Assembly (NCBI RefSeq): GCF_009914755.1
Contig: NC_060929.1
DNA from: the human T2T-CHM13v2.0 reference genome, Homo sapiens
Strand: one strand, 5' to 3'
Length of the DNA stretch: 64,000 bases
Within the stretch, counting starts at the first letter, position 1. The number at the start of each line of letters is the position of its first letter. The translations under genes were made by a program, and so were the position numbers. Below, in pieces: positions 32,071-51,659 of the stretch. The notes under the pieces are model-generated. The model searched no databases and had not been told where the DNA came from. It worked only from the letters and a program-made list of their open reading frames with translations.

Positions 32071-32184
32071 TCATAAATAATCTTATACTGGAAATTGTTG
32101 TGTCTGTATTGAATACCATCCATTAACCTGAGAAAGTGTATATAACACGGTGGACCTCTTTCATGAACAAATTTGTTTGAGGAA

Positions 32185-32375
32185 GTGGTATGGTATGATT
32201 GATTATTAACTGCATGACCTATAAACTCAGCCTGTTGAATTTAAGTTCCAGCTCCACTACTACTTGCTATGTTAGCTTGTTAGCACCTGTGTTTTCTCAC
32301 CTATGAAATGGAATGAGGATGTTATCACTGACTCCCTAGTAGTGAAGATTAAATGAAATATACATTTTGTGTATG
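32185..32375 (+). mobile_element. MIR SINE
   Basis: ttccagctccactactacttgctatg..ctgtgttttctcacctatgaaatggaat..gtgaagattaaatgaaata. Confidence 0.65.
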
Positions 32376-32879
32376 ACATACTTCTGTTATTTCCAATCAA
32401 GACAGTGTCAGTATTTGGCCAAGCTATATTTACAATAGCATATTTTATTCTGTAATGCAAGTATTTTACTATGTAATCTACTAACAGTCACAGTGAGTGA
32501 CAGCCTTATCTTTATCCCCTCAACTGCCAGACTGACATAAAATCTGGGATCAGTGACCAAGCAGAACACCTGTTTCCTGGTGCCCTTAACAGCTTCAGAA
32601 AAGATCATATTCTTTCTAGCAACTACCTTTCCCAAGAACCGTGCCCCTTTTTCAAAAAATAAATCTAGAGTTATAGATTTTCGCAGACAAAACAAATTTC
32701 TTTTAGATTTTATCTAGGCTGCTCACACCAACCACTATTCTACTCACTCCCATGTATAAACTGGATACCTTTTATAATTTCCCTGTATAAGGCAGCCATG
32801 TATGCAACCTCTGCTTCATCTCTTTCAGTTGACTCCCACCCCTTTACAAGGAAGTCTGTCTCATATATGCACAGTATGC

Positions 32880-33350
32880 ATTATTAGAACATCCTTCCTC
32901 ATACTGAATTAAATCTAGCCACTGGCTTAGTTCTGACTTGCAGGGCCCAGAGTAATATGGCTGCACCGTCTTTATCATGTTTGTGGGATATTTGAAGACA
33001 ACCTACAGTTCTCTTCCTCTGATGAAACATTCCTGGTTCCTATGACCATTACTCATACAGCAAAATTTTCCAGATCCTTTTTTATTTTGCCTATGTCCAC
33101 CAAATTTATTACTCTGAGTGACCTTTTGAATTATGATCCACAGGACATGACCCCAAACTCAAAGAATGTCATGACCTGGTCTATGGCCTGGAATTCCTCT
33201 ATGCAGGATTTGATATTTTAACCTCTTTAAAGACTATGTGGTCTTGGATAGATATTTCTAGAAATGATGTCATGCTGTTGGATCAGAGCAAGTGTGTGGA
33301 CACATAAAATCCCCAAATCCATTTTGTGGAAGGTGCTATTAAGCCGGGTT
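32880..33350 (-). mobile_element. L3/CR1 LINE relic
   Basis: ccttcctcatactgaattaaatct..atatttgaagaca..aaacattcctggttcc..catgctgttgg..gtgctattaagcc resembles the L3 3' region. Confidence 0.5.
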
Positions 33351-34648
33351 TTCTAGCTTCTTGGTAAACTTGGGCCAGTGCTCTATTTTCTCAGAAGATC
33401 AAGAGATATGCTGGATTCACACATGATTTTCTTTTGGCACACTATGCACTATGCTCCAGCAACAAGATTGTTATATAAGAAGCCAGGCCAGAGGTTTGGT
33501 GTCAGGAGGAAACAAACCTGAAATTATCTAAAGACACTAAAAGGGAAGGTCTGAGTTAGCACAAATAATTGAATAATATTCATGGTTCTGAAATGATTTT
33601 GGAAATTCTATCATATAGAAATACAAAGTTCAAAAATTTTTTCTGTCCAGTCATTCTTACCCTTAGATCCATATATACTTCAGGAAGTCTATAACTCTCC
33701 TCAAAGGCATGCAAAATTCGTGTAAATATATATTCCTAATATTTTTTCTGGAGAGAGAATTTATAGCTTTCATTAGACTCATAAAAGGGCCAATAACCAA
33801 AAGAGCGATTAAGAACCACTGTCAACTTAAAGGCATATTTGGTCATTCTAGGTGTTAAGAAAAGTACTCAGTCACATAGCTGATAGGTGATAAAGTATGA
33901 ACTATAACCAAGGTCCTCTAAATCCCAGCCAAAGCTCCCTCCACTGCCAAATGCAATGGTAGGAAAGCATTACCAAATACAAGAAAAATATATGTGTGTA
34001 TGTAAATGAATATATATATTTGATATATACATATTTAACATTGTAAAACTTACATTAGTCAATTTTAGATTAGCATATTCAAATTGCTAATTGAAAAGGA
34101 TATTAGGCACTGCTAATGGAAGACAGACATAATTAAAAACATGGCTAGTGATACAATATAGGAAATAATGTCTTCTCATGGTTGTTATATAATAGTCTTC
34201 TCTGTGCTTTGTAACTGATGACTTGAACATCGTAAGCTTCAAAGTGAAACCTGTACTTCAAAAGTTCAAAGGGATTAACACCAAAAGAGTACTTAAATAT
34301 AATCAGCTTTGTTTTATTTCTGTGTATGATACATAGTGCTTAGAAATATTAAGAATCCACACCACATTGTTCTAAGTAAAGGGTGGGTGCCCTTTCTACT
34401 GGGGAAAAGTAAATAATAGTCCTGTGGTATTTGCAATTTACGAATTTAACACATACTATTTCACAAGTAGGAAATTTTATATTTCCTAGTTTTATTCTCA
34501 TGTTAGTTTGAGTTTTTAATAATATATTGTTTTACTGTGAACCTCATGTTTCTGTTACCCACTTTGAAAAGCATGCATACTGATATAGTACTTAATGGTA
34601 ACTTATTGGACTTTAAAACTCTAAGTTACAAAATCACTTAAGAAAATA

Positions 34649-35600
34649 ACCTACAAAATGAGAGAAAATTTTTGCAACCTACCCATCTGGCAAAGGCCTT
34701 ATATCCAGAATCTACAAAGAACTTAAGCAAATTTACAAGAAAACTACAAACAACCCCATCAAAAAGTGGACAAAGGATATGAACAGACACTTTTCAAAAG
34801 AAGACATCTATGCAGCCAACAGACACATGAAAAAATGCTCATCATCACTGGTCATCAGAGAAATGCAAATCAAAACCACAATGAGATACCATCTCACAGC
34901 AGTTAGAATGGCGATCATTAAAAAGTCAGGAAACAACAGGTGCTGGAGAGGATGTGGAGAAACAGGAACGCTTTTACACTGTTTGTGGGACTGTAAACTA
35001 GTTCAACCATTGTGGAAGACAGTGTGGCGATTCCTCAAGGATCTAGAACTAGAAATACCATTTGACCTAGCAATCCCATTACTCCCATTACTGGGTATAT
35101 ACCCAAAGGATTAGAAATCATCCTGCTGTAAAGCACATGCACACATATGTTTATTGTGGCACTATTCACAATAGCAAAGACTTGGAAGCAACCCAAATGT
35201 CCATCAATGATAGACTGGATTAAGAAAATGTGGCACATTACACCATGGGATACTATGCAACCATAAAAAGGATGAGTTCATGTCCTTTGCAGGGACAAGG
35301 ATGAAGCTGGAAACCATCATTCTCAGCAAACTAACACAGGAACAGAAAACCAAACACCGCATATTCTCACTCATAGGTGGGAACTGAGCAATGAGAACAC
35401 TTGGACAAAGGACAGGGAACATCACACAACTGGGCCTGTTGGGGGGTAGGGGGCTGGGAGAGGGATAGCATTAGGAGAAATACTTAATGTAAATGATGAG
35501 TTGATGGGTGCAGCACACCAACATGGCACATGTATACCTATGTAACAAACCTGCACGTTGTGCACATGTACCCTAGATCTTAAACTATAATAAAAATAAA
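34649..35600 (+). mobile_element. 5'-truncated L1 (L1PA6-like 3' end)
   Basis: ORF2 C-terminal peptide at 34779-35114 followed by the L1 3'UTR. TSD AAGAAAATA at 34640-34648 and 35599-35607. Internal 9-bp duplication cccattact (PLLPLL). Confidence 0.93.
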
Positions 35601-36179
35601 GAAAATATCTTTGACAGTAATGAATAGTTCAGACATGAATCATAGATTTCTACAATCTTTTATTTGGGAGGGACTGGAACGATGTTTGGCTGTGGCCTCT
35701 TATTTCATAAATGGGAAAACTAATACCTGAAGAGATAATGTGACCCACTTTAGCAAAGTCACACTAAATGTTAATATCAGTGATGAAGTGGAAAGTCAGA
35801 TTTCAGTCTAGATTATAATAATTCCAATGATAGTAAACTGTTTAGTCTGTCAAGGTATATTTGAAAAGATAAAAGTAGTAATGTCATTGGCATTTATTTT
35901 ATCTTAGTCTCATTATTTTGATGAGGTCAGAAATTATACAAGTCCTCAAAATGGGCTTCATTGCCAAAGGAATATGCACCACAAATAGTAAAAGTTTCAA
36001 TCCTCTAGATGTTGACCTAAATATGTGTTCAAAGTTTCTGAAATATAAATGATCTTAGGATAATAGGTTATTAACAATGGAAAAAATGCTGTAGATTGAT
36101 CACCCAAACCAAAGACTTCATTTTATAGATATGTGGCACCTGAAATACCAAAGAGTTGCATAAATACCTCAAAGTCACA

Positions 36180-36480
36180 GTAGAAGTAGCTCTGCTCGCT
36201 ATCACTACCAGCAATTCTTTCGGGGAATTTGTGCTTCTTGTTCTCATAAATATGGACTTCGTAGGAAGAGCTCCATCAAATCTTAAGCTACAGCTTCTCG
36301 CTGGTCACCTTGAACTCAAGGTTTTGAGAGACCAGCAGGCAAGGAAAGGAATAACCCTTCTCTCAGAGGTATTGGATACTAAATCATCAAAAGCTGCTCT
36401 TAAACAATGAATGCAGGAAAGGTTTGTCACTGAGCTGACCCACCTGACAATCTCTTAGTACTCGCATGTGCAATTTTTCA

Positions 36481-36483
<3 letters not shown>
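36180..36483 (+). pseudogene. ERVL-class internal fragment, dUTPase-like relic
   Basis: NLKLQLLAGHLELKVLRDQQARKGITLLSEVLD resembles HERV-L NWKLRLPPGHFGLLLPLSQQAKKGVTVLAGVID. Downstream NLLVLACAIFQV resembles RLLVLPCPVIKV. Confidence 0.65.
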
Positions 36484-40018
<3,535 letters not shown>

Positions 40019-40081
40019 TTCCTTCTTTCTTTCTTTGTTTCCTTCTTGTTTTCTTTCCTTCTTGTTTTCTTTCCTTCTTTC

Positions 40082-40112
<31 letters not shown>

Positions 40113-40160
40113 GTCTTTCTCTCTCTCTCTTTCTCTCTTTCTTCCTTTCTTTCTTGTTTT
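40019..40160 (+). repeat. Pyrimidine-rich (CTTT)n/(CT)n simple repeat, expanded tail of a minus-strand Alu
   Basis: Mixed ctttctttc and ctctct tract immediately before the Alu 3' end. Confidence 0.85.
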
Positions 40161-40213
40161 GAGATAGGCACTCACTCTGTCACCAAGACTAGAGTGCAGT
40201 GGCACTATCACAG
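40157..40213 (-). mobile_element. AluJ 3' fragment, truncated at the L1 junction
   Basis: ttttgagataggcactcactctgtcaccaagactagagtgcagtggcactatcacag, then an abrupt switch to L1 5'UTR. Confidence 0.8.
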
Positions 40214-40503
40214 GAGGGGCAGACTGACACCTCACACAGCCGGGTACTCCTCTGAGACAAAACTTCCAGAGGAACGATCAGGCAGCAGCATTTGCAGTTC
40301 ACTAATATCCGCTGTTCTGCAGCCACCGATGCAGATACCCAGGCAATCAGGGTCTGGAGTGGACCTCTAGTAAACTCCAACAGACCTGCAGCTGAGGGTC
40401 CTGACTGTTAGAAGGAAAACTAACAAACGGAAAGGACATCCACACCCAAAACCCATCTGTACGTCACCATCATCAAAGACCAAAGGTAGATAAAACCACA
40501 AAG

Positions 40504-41519
40504 ATGGGGAAAAACAGAGCAGAAAAACCGGAAACTCTAAAAATCAGAGCGCCCCTCCTCCTCCAAAGGAACGCAGCTCCTCACCAGCAACAGAACAAAG
40601 CTGGACAGAGAATGACTTTGACGAGTTGAGAGAGGAAGGCTTCAGAAGATCAAACTACTCCGAGCTAAAGGAGGAAGTTCGAACCAATGGCAAAGAAGAT
40701 AAAAACTTTGAAAAAAAATTAAACGAATGGATAACTAGAATAACTGATGCAGAGAAGTCCTTAAAGGACCTGATGGAGCTGAAAACCATGGCACGAGAAC
40801 TACGTGATGAATTAACAAGCCTCAGTAACTGATGCGATTAACTGGAAGAAAGGGTAGCTGCGATGGAAAATGAAATGAATGAAATGAACAGTGAAGAGAA
40901 GTTTAGAGAAAAAAGAATAAAAAGAAACAAACAAAGCCTCCAAGAAATATGGGACTATGTGAAAAGACCAAATCTACGTCTAATCGGTGCACCTGAAAGT
41001 GACGGGGAGAGTGGAGCCAAGTTGGAAAAGACTCTGCAGTATATTATCCAGGAGAACTTCCCCAATCTAGCAAGGCAGGCCAACATTCAAATTCAGGAAA
41101 TACAGAGAATACCACAAAGATACTCCTCAAGAAGAGCAACTCCAAGACACATAATTGTCAGATTCAGCAAAGTTGAAATGAAGGAAAAAATGTGAAGGGC
41201 AGCCAGAGAGAAAGGTCGGGTTACCCACAAAGGGAAGCCCATCAGATTAACTGCTGATCTCTCAGCAGAAACTCTACAAGCCAGAAGAGAGTGGGGGCCA
41301 ATATTCAACATTCTTAAAGAAAAGAATTTTCAACCCAGAATTTCATATCCAGCCAAACTAAGCTTCATAAGTGAAGGAGAAATAAAGTACTTCACAGACA
41401 AGCAAATGCTGAGAGATTTTGTCACCACCAGGCCTGCCCTAAAACAGCTCCTGAAGGAAGCACCAAACATGGAAAGGTACAACCGGTACCAGCCACTGCA
41501 AAAACATGCCAAATTGTAA
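40504..41519 (+). pseudogene. L1 ORF1p, disrupted
   Basis: ATG GGG AAA start with a 1-bp deletion; in-frame TGA at 40830-40832 and 41193-41195; ends gccaaattgTAA. Confidence 0.92.
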
Positions 41520-41582
41520 AGATCATCAAGGCTAGGAAGAAACTGCATCAACTAATGAGCAAAATAACCAGCTAACATCATA

Positions 41583-45420
<3,838 letters not shown>

Positions 45421-46520
45421 ACAATGAGAACACATGGACACAGGAAGGGGAACATCACACACCGGGGACTGTTGTGGAGTGGGGGGACGGGGGAGGGATA
45501 GCATTAGGAGATATACCTAATGTTAAATGAGGAGTTAATGGGTGCAGCACACCAACATGGCACATGTATACTTATGTAACAAACCTGCATGTTGTGCACA
45601 TGTACCCTAAAACTTAAAGTATAATAATAATAATTTAAAAAAAAAAGAATAGAGGCCAGTACGCTGGTGTCACATCACAGGCACCCATCAAGCTGATGAG
45701 CAGGTTCACGTGAGCTCATAGGAGTATAACCCTACCAAAATGAAAATCCATGTGGTCCAGGCCCAGAGATGTATTGTCTTTAAATATAGGCAGAATGGGA
45801 ATTCCAATATTTGTTTGCATCTCTCAAAAACATCTAGAGGGATTCTAGTACATTATGCATTCCCAGCAGTTCTTAATAATATCTGATCCTCATCTTTCTT
45901 TCATCCCCAATAACTCTCAAATGCTTTATATTCTTCCTTCCCATATGAATTCAGCATGGCTTGCTACCTGATAACCTCCCACCTTCAAACAATATCTTCC
46001 CCCATGAAATACTCCCCTAACTTGCTCAACACTTAGAGGTTAATTTTTTAAAAAAATCCTGTACACACTTATTTGTCCTTTCTCTCTTCAAGGCCAGTTG
46101 TCTGTGGTGAAGGAACAGTGTTGTGAAACTCCTAATTATTAATGTTGTCTCTTCCTACTAGTTTTGACCAACGTTGTAGCTGGAGCTTTTATTCCTTTTG
46201 GAAAAACCTTATCACTTAGGATCAATTGGCCCTAATGGCCTAAGGCATCCATTGTAAGCAATGAATTAACTCAATCTTCTATGCATGTGAAGTGGCACCC
46301 ACGATCTACCATTCTTGGAAAAAACTGAGAAAATAGTCACTCAAACCATGTCTGTACAGACTAATTCTTATGGAACTAACTGAGAAATGCTGTTTTAGAG
46401 GGCAGATGAAGGTTGTATACAATAGCTACTCTACAAGATCCATATCTAGGAGTTATGACTATCAAGTTTCTCACAATCCTGAGTGCCTGACCCAGTGAAC
46501 AGCATTCAATAAATACTTGA

Positions 46521-46810
46521 GGCCAGGCATCGTGGTTCATGCCTGTAATCCCAGCACATTGGGAGGCCAAGGTGAGTGGATCACCTGAGGTCAGGAGTTG
46601 GAGACCAGCCTGGCCAACATGGTGAAACCCCGTCTCTACTAAAAATGCAAAAATTAGCTGGGGGTGGTTGTCCCAGCTACTCAGGAGGCTGAGACATGGA
46701 GAATTGCTTGAACCTGGGAGGCAGAGGTTGCAGTGAGCCAAGATCACGCCACTGTACTCCAGCCTGGACAACAGAGTGAGACTCGGTCTCAAAAAGAAAA
46801 AAAAAAAAAA
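46521..46810 (+). mobile_element. AluSx/Sq-like SINE inserted in an L2 tail
   Basis: Dimeric Alu with a small deletion after the central linker and a poly(A) tail. TSD aaa(t/g)acttga; flanks read as L2 caataaatacttga..gaataaattaatga. Confidence 0.92.
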
Positions 46811-49800
46811 GACTTGAAGGAATAAATTAATGATTCAGGACTTGTGATTCTATCTAGATAAACAAACCATAAAAGTCACAGTCCTAAAGTAAAGGGATAA
46901 CAGAGAACACCTGAAAAAAATTCACTTGTACTTTAACCTGTGCCAAGAAATTTTTAAACATCACACCTTCCTTGTATTAAACCATGGCCATGGTGTACTC
47001 CATTGTTCCCTTTCTCTGCAGAAAGGTTTAGTTGTGAACCTGGACAGATTGACTGTATGAGCTGGAACACAGTGTGTGATATCAGACAAGGGACGTGTTC
47101 CAGAGAATAGAGCAGGAGAAAACCCCAAACTTAAGTGTTTGCTTTTGATAGATACTTGTTCTATTTTTACTCTGGAACCTAGTACATGAGGTTGGGGGTG
47201 GGGTCAATGTCTGGTATTATGACATTTCTAAACCAGTCACTGCTTGCTGTTTCACCTCAGCTATCAACAGCTTCCTGTTGTTTCATGCGTCAGATGCAGT
47301 CTGATAAGCCCAAGGTGAGCCGTGTCCTGTTTCTCATCTCTGATATATGGGAATCCATCTTCATACAGGATGCTGTGGTATGTAAAACAAACCACGGTGA
47401 AACAGTCAAGGAGTTGCTGCAATGTTTTAAGCTTCTGTATTTTGCAGCATTCTCTCACCACGTTTTGGAGTCAAGGCAATGAATACTCCTTAACCTTCTT
47501 CTTCCTCTACACCCCTATTAGCCTGTGAATTCTTAAACCTTCAGTACAACATGGACCTGCAAGAGGTGCTGCACCTGTGCTTTTGATCAGATTCAACAAC
47601 ATCAATAATTACAGAAACAGAACATTAAGTAAAAGGAAGGGCTATAAACAATGGGATCCTGGAAGGCAGCCAGTCCCTCGGCCTTGAATCAGTGCTTACC
47701 ACAGTATAACGCTAATAGCTGAACACAGGTGGAGCACAAAAGGCTCAAGCTGCCCAACAGGGTCTCCAAGCAGCTGCTAGCCTGTAAGGTCAAGTACGGC
47801 AATATGTTCAGACTTTCCAGAAAGTTCCACTTCTGTGTGGAAAAAAAGTCCCACATACCACACTTTTCAAAAAGTGGAATAGGCTACAGCTTAACAAATG
47901 AGTTCCAGCTGTTTAAAATTAGACTGCTAAAAGAAATTCCATATAAGAATATTCTCTGGGACTATCACATTTTCATTAATTAGAACCTGGATAATTCCTT
48001 CACTTAAAGAACTGACCTCTCCAAATTGAAGGTTGAGATAGTTAAATAATTGTTGATAGGCATGTTGGTTGTATTAATGCCATCTCCGTTACTTAAATTG
48101 CTTACATTAGTTTTAAAGTTGTATGTTTTTAAAAGTGAAATGCTTGCATTTCCATGCAGAAGACACTGACCACACTAAAACCATTTGACTCATGGGAGGG
48201 CAACGGAGTGGAAACTGGAAGAATTTTGCACCAGCACTTAGGAACCTGGGTGATGATTCCTATTTTACCATTCATTGTTTTCATGCACTGGGAAAACTCT
48301 CTTCAGCTCCTCTGTTCAAGTATAATATTGAAATTATGTGTATGGAACATCAGGGTTGTCCAAAGTCCATCCCAGCTCTCAAATTGAGAATGCCATGACT
48401 TTTCTGGTATGAATTGTATTTTTAATATATGTCTTAATATCAAACATAGACATGTGTAACTTGGCCCCTTAAACTAGGGTAGGGGTTTCTCTAGATATAC
48501 CTCATCCTTCTTCCTTCTTTCATGTCTATTTAATGCAATAAAGTGACAAGATCCTTTCTAGTTTCTATTTCCCTGGTCTTAGAGTCTGATCTTACGGTGA
48601 TATTGGTCTCTTCTAAATCCAAAACCCACCACTCTTTGACACGTTGAAAAGTATCCATTGTTACTCCTCTCCCATTTAGGAATACTTCAGTGGGAAAGTT
48701 TGAGGGGAATAGATCTAAGGAAATCTGAGAGTGTCTCTTCTTTGAAAAACAAAAGGACTTACATAATACAAAATATACATATCCATTTTGCTCAACAATA
48801 TAGATAACTTGCATTATAAGCTTATGTCTGAGTACATATTTTTAAGTCCTTGGAGTTCTCTCTGCCATTGAGCTTTTTACTGCCTGCTCACTTGTGCTGT
48901 TCATCTCTTTGATATCTTCCCCAGCACACCATCTCAGAGCCTTATAAGGCTACCCAGATCCTGACAAGAGATTAAATGTTTCTTATGCAATATTTTTCAT
49001 CTTTGTCAAAGCAATTATCTTTAGTTTAGGAAAAGTGCAAACCAAGTTTTTCCATATGCTATCAGCAAGATCAATTAACATTATTTATATAATGTATGAT
49101 TTACTTCAGTTTAATTTTGTGAAAATGAAACTGTCAAGGATTTCAAATTTTTCTCTATCTGTAATAATAAAAAAGAAAATTATTTATCTTTGTGCATGCA
49201 CAGAGTTTCATACACAATATAATTCTTAGAACAAACAAAAAAATTATCCTGAGATAGAGAGATAGTTCCTGAAGGGAACAGAATAGCAAGATAAATATCA
49301 CCAGGAATTTGGCCTTTCCCTCACTGTCTAATTTCTGGCATACAATAACTTTCTCTAAAAATGGCATGCAAGCTTTCTCTAAAAAAAAGTTTTGTTTACA
49401 GAAGGCCAGAATAGGTCTGGCAATTGTTTCTCCTTCATATCAATGAAGCTTCGGTCACAGAATTTACATGGTCTGTTCTTTGTTTGGAGAACAACGCTGG
49501 CACACTAGGTGTGGAGACGAAAGGAGAGAGGATACCAGAGAACAGCGCCAGTTTCCCTCTGAGTCAGACACTGAAGGGCTGTGGGAAAGGGAGCTGGCCT
49601 CGAGGGCCTTCCGATCTGACCACTTTTCCAAGCCACTCCTTTATCCTGCAGGAAGGAGGAGGCTGAGCTTTCTTGCCACCAGAGAAGATCAATCAGGATC
49701 CCTTTAAGGCAGGGAGAGCCACATATCCTAGTCTTCCAAAGACACAGGATGAATTTCAAAGGAACAGAAATGGCAAGTCACCAAAAAATAGATCCATATG

Positions 49801-50109
49801 TTGTTGTTGTTGTTTTTTAAAGTGAAAATAGCTTGTTTTTTTTTTTAGTAGAAAAACTACCACATGCTTATTATGAAAAATTCAGACAACACATAAAAAG
49901 ACAAAGAGTAGAGCCAAAATTTGAACCCAGGCAGCCAAGCTCCAGAGTTTAAGGTCTGTACTTTGTAGTAGTTAGTTACTACTGCCCCTTGGGTCTTCCC
50001 AGAATTAAACAAGAGCTCCAAGCTGCTATTTGAATCACAGTTTGGTGAAAGGGAGTGAATTTTTTAGAACCTGGAGACCCGGCACCAAAGAACAGACTTA
50101 TAAAAAGGG

Positions 50110-50400
50110 TTATAATAGTAATGACTCACATGCTTATCAGGCGAAAGGCTGTTAGCCAAATAATATGTATGTGTATGTGCATACACTGTGTATGTGCACA
50201 TACACAGTGTGTGTATAAGAAATCTCATTTAATCCTCACAATAATCTGTCAGTTACAATTTACTCGCATCAATCTAGATGTGGAAGCTGCAGCTCAGAGT
50301 TTTAAACAATTTTCTAGAATCACAAAGCTTATACTCTGTAATAACGAAGTTAGGACTACAATCTGTCTGACCAGATTCCCAGCTCTCGACATGAATTTGT
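50110..50400 (-). mobile_element. MIR SINE with an embedded palindromic (CA/TG) tract
   Basis: atctcatttaatcctcacaataatct..ctagatgtggaagctgcagctcagagttttaaac..tctgtctgaccaga. Confidence 0.6.
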
Positions 50401-50734
50401 TGAGCGTCAAAAGTATGCAGGTATTGTTAAAAAGAAAATAAATATAGAAAGGAAAGGAAAAGTCACAGATTATCTCCCCTACAATGTGCAATAATGACTG
50501 AACACCAGGACACCTGCGTTTCAATCTTAAGTTAGCCATGAATGAACTACACGGTGATGGGCAAATCACTCAGTGTTTGTACTTTGGTTTCCCATCAAAA
50601 TTGGCAGAGTGTGATAGGTTAGTGGTTCTAATTTTTGGTGATCATAAACCATTTCCATGAATTCAATGAACTCTCCCTCCAGAAAAATGTATAAATGAAC
50701 ACAAGACGTAAAACTGCATTCAATTCAGTAATGA

Positions 50735-50890
50735 CTTCCTAGTATATATTTATTGTCAGGCCTTCCCACTGAAATGAAATATGAATGAGGGCAAAGGACT
50801 CTGTGTTTTCCTGTCTATATCCCCAGCTACTAGAGCATTACTTGGAACATCATAAGCTCTGGAAAACTATCAACTGAATGAATACATAGA
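50735..50890 (+). mobile_element. L2 3' end fragment
   Basis: atgagggcaaaggactctgtg..tatatccccagc..ctagagca..tcaactgaatgaat. Confidence 0.55.
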
Positions 50891-51315
50891 TGAGGGCTCC
50901 TCATCTCCTTGAAGTGGACCCATACTCGACCCAGTTAAAAAACCCATGGATTGAATTATTTATGAGACCCTTTTTGGTTCTGAAAGACCTAAGCTTCAAC
51001 CAAATGAAACAGCCAAACACTCTACTTCTTTTGACCAGTAATATTGGTAATAACATGTGCTTCAACCTAATATGTTAACTTGCAATTTTACCAACTTGTC
51101 TAGTAGTGAGCATGCACACACGCACTATCATACATGGCACTAGTTTTTTAGCATTAGTCCTGCTCATCTGTGACAGCTGTTATTTATCTTGCATTTACCA
51201 CATGATAAAACCCAGGCAAACAGATAAATGTGTAGTATTTTCTGCTTCTTGGAAACTGCCTGTGAATGCAAAGTCCCTTACTGTTTAAAGTACAGTTCAG
51301 TTGTATTTTCTTCTT

Positions 51316-51542
51316 CTTTTTTTTTTTTTTTTGAGATGAAATCTTGCTCTCACTGCAAGCTCTGCCTCCTGGGTTCACACCATTCTCCTGCCTCAGCCTC
51401 CTGAGTAGCTGGGACTACAGGCACCTGCCACCATGCCTGGCTAATTTTTTTGTATTTTTAGTAGAGACGGGGTTTCACCTTGTTAGCCAGGATGGTCTCA
51501 ATCTCCTGACCTCGTGATCCGCCCGTCTTGGCCTCCCAAAGC
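51316..51542 (-). mobile_element. AluY-like SINE, 5'-truncated with an internal deletion
   Basis: ctgcaagctc, gttcacaccattctc, ttagccaggatggtctc and gacctcgtgatcc diagnostics. TSD TATTTTCTTCTT at 51304-51315 and 51544-51555. Confidence 0.92.
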
Positions 51543-51659
51543 TTATTTTCTTCTTAAATTACATAATTTAAAATTTATCATGACCTAAATAATTCCAAAT
51601 GCTTTCTTAATGAGTTACAACTAAACAGATTACAATTGAATTTAATATAAGTAGGTCAG

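Noticed and set aside
46376-46792. 138-aa ORF (and similar ORFs at 5538-5787, 11669-11899, 55693-55968)
   Set aside because: Typical antisense-Alu translation artefacts.
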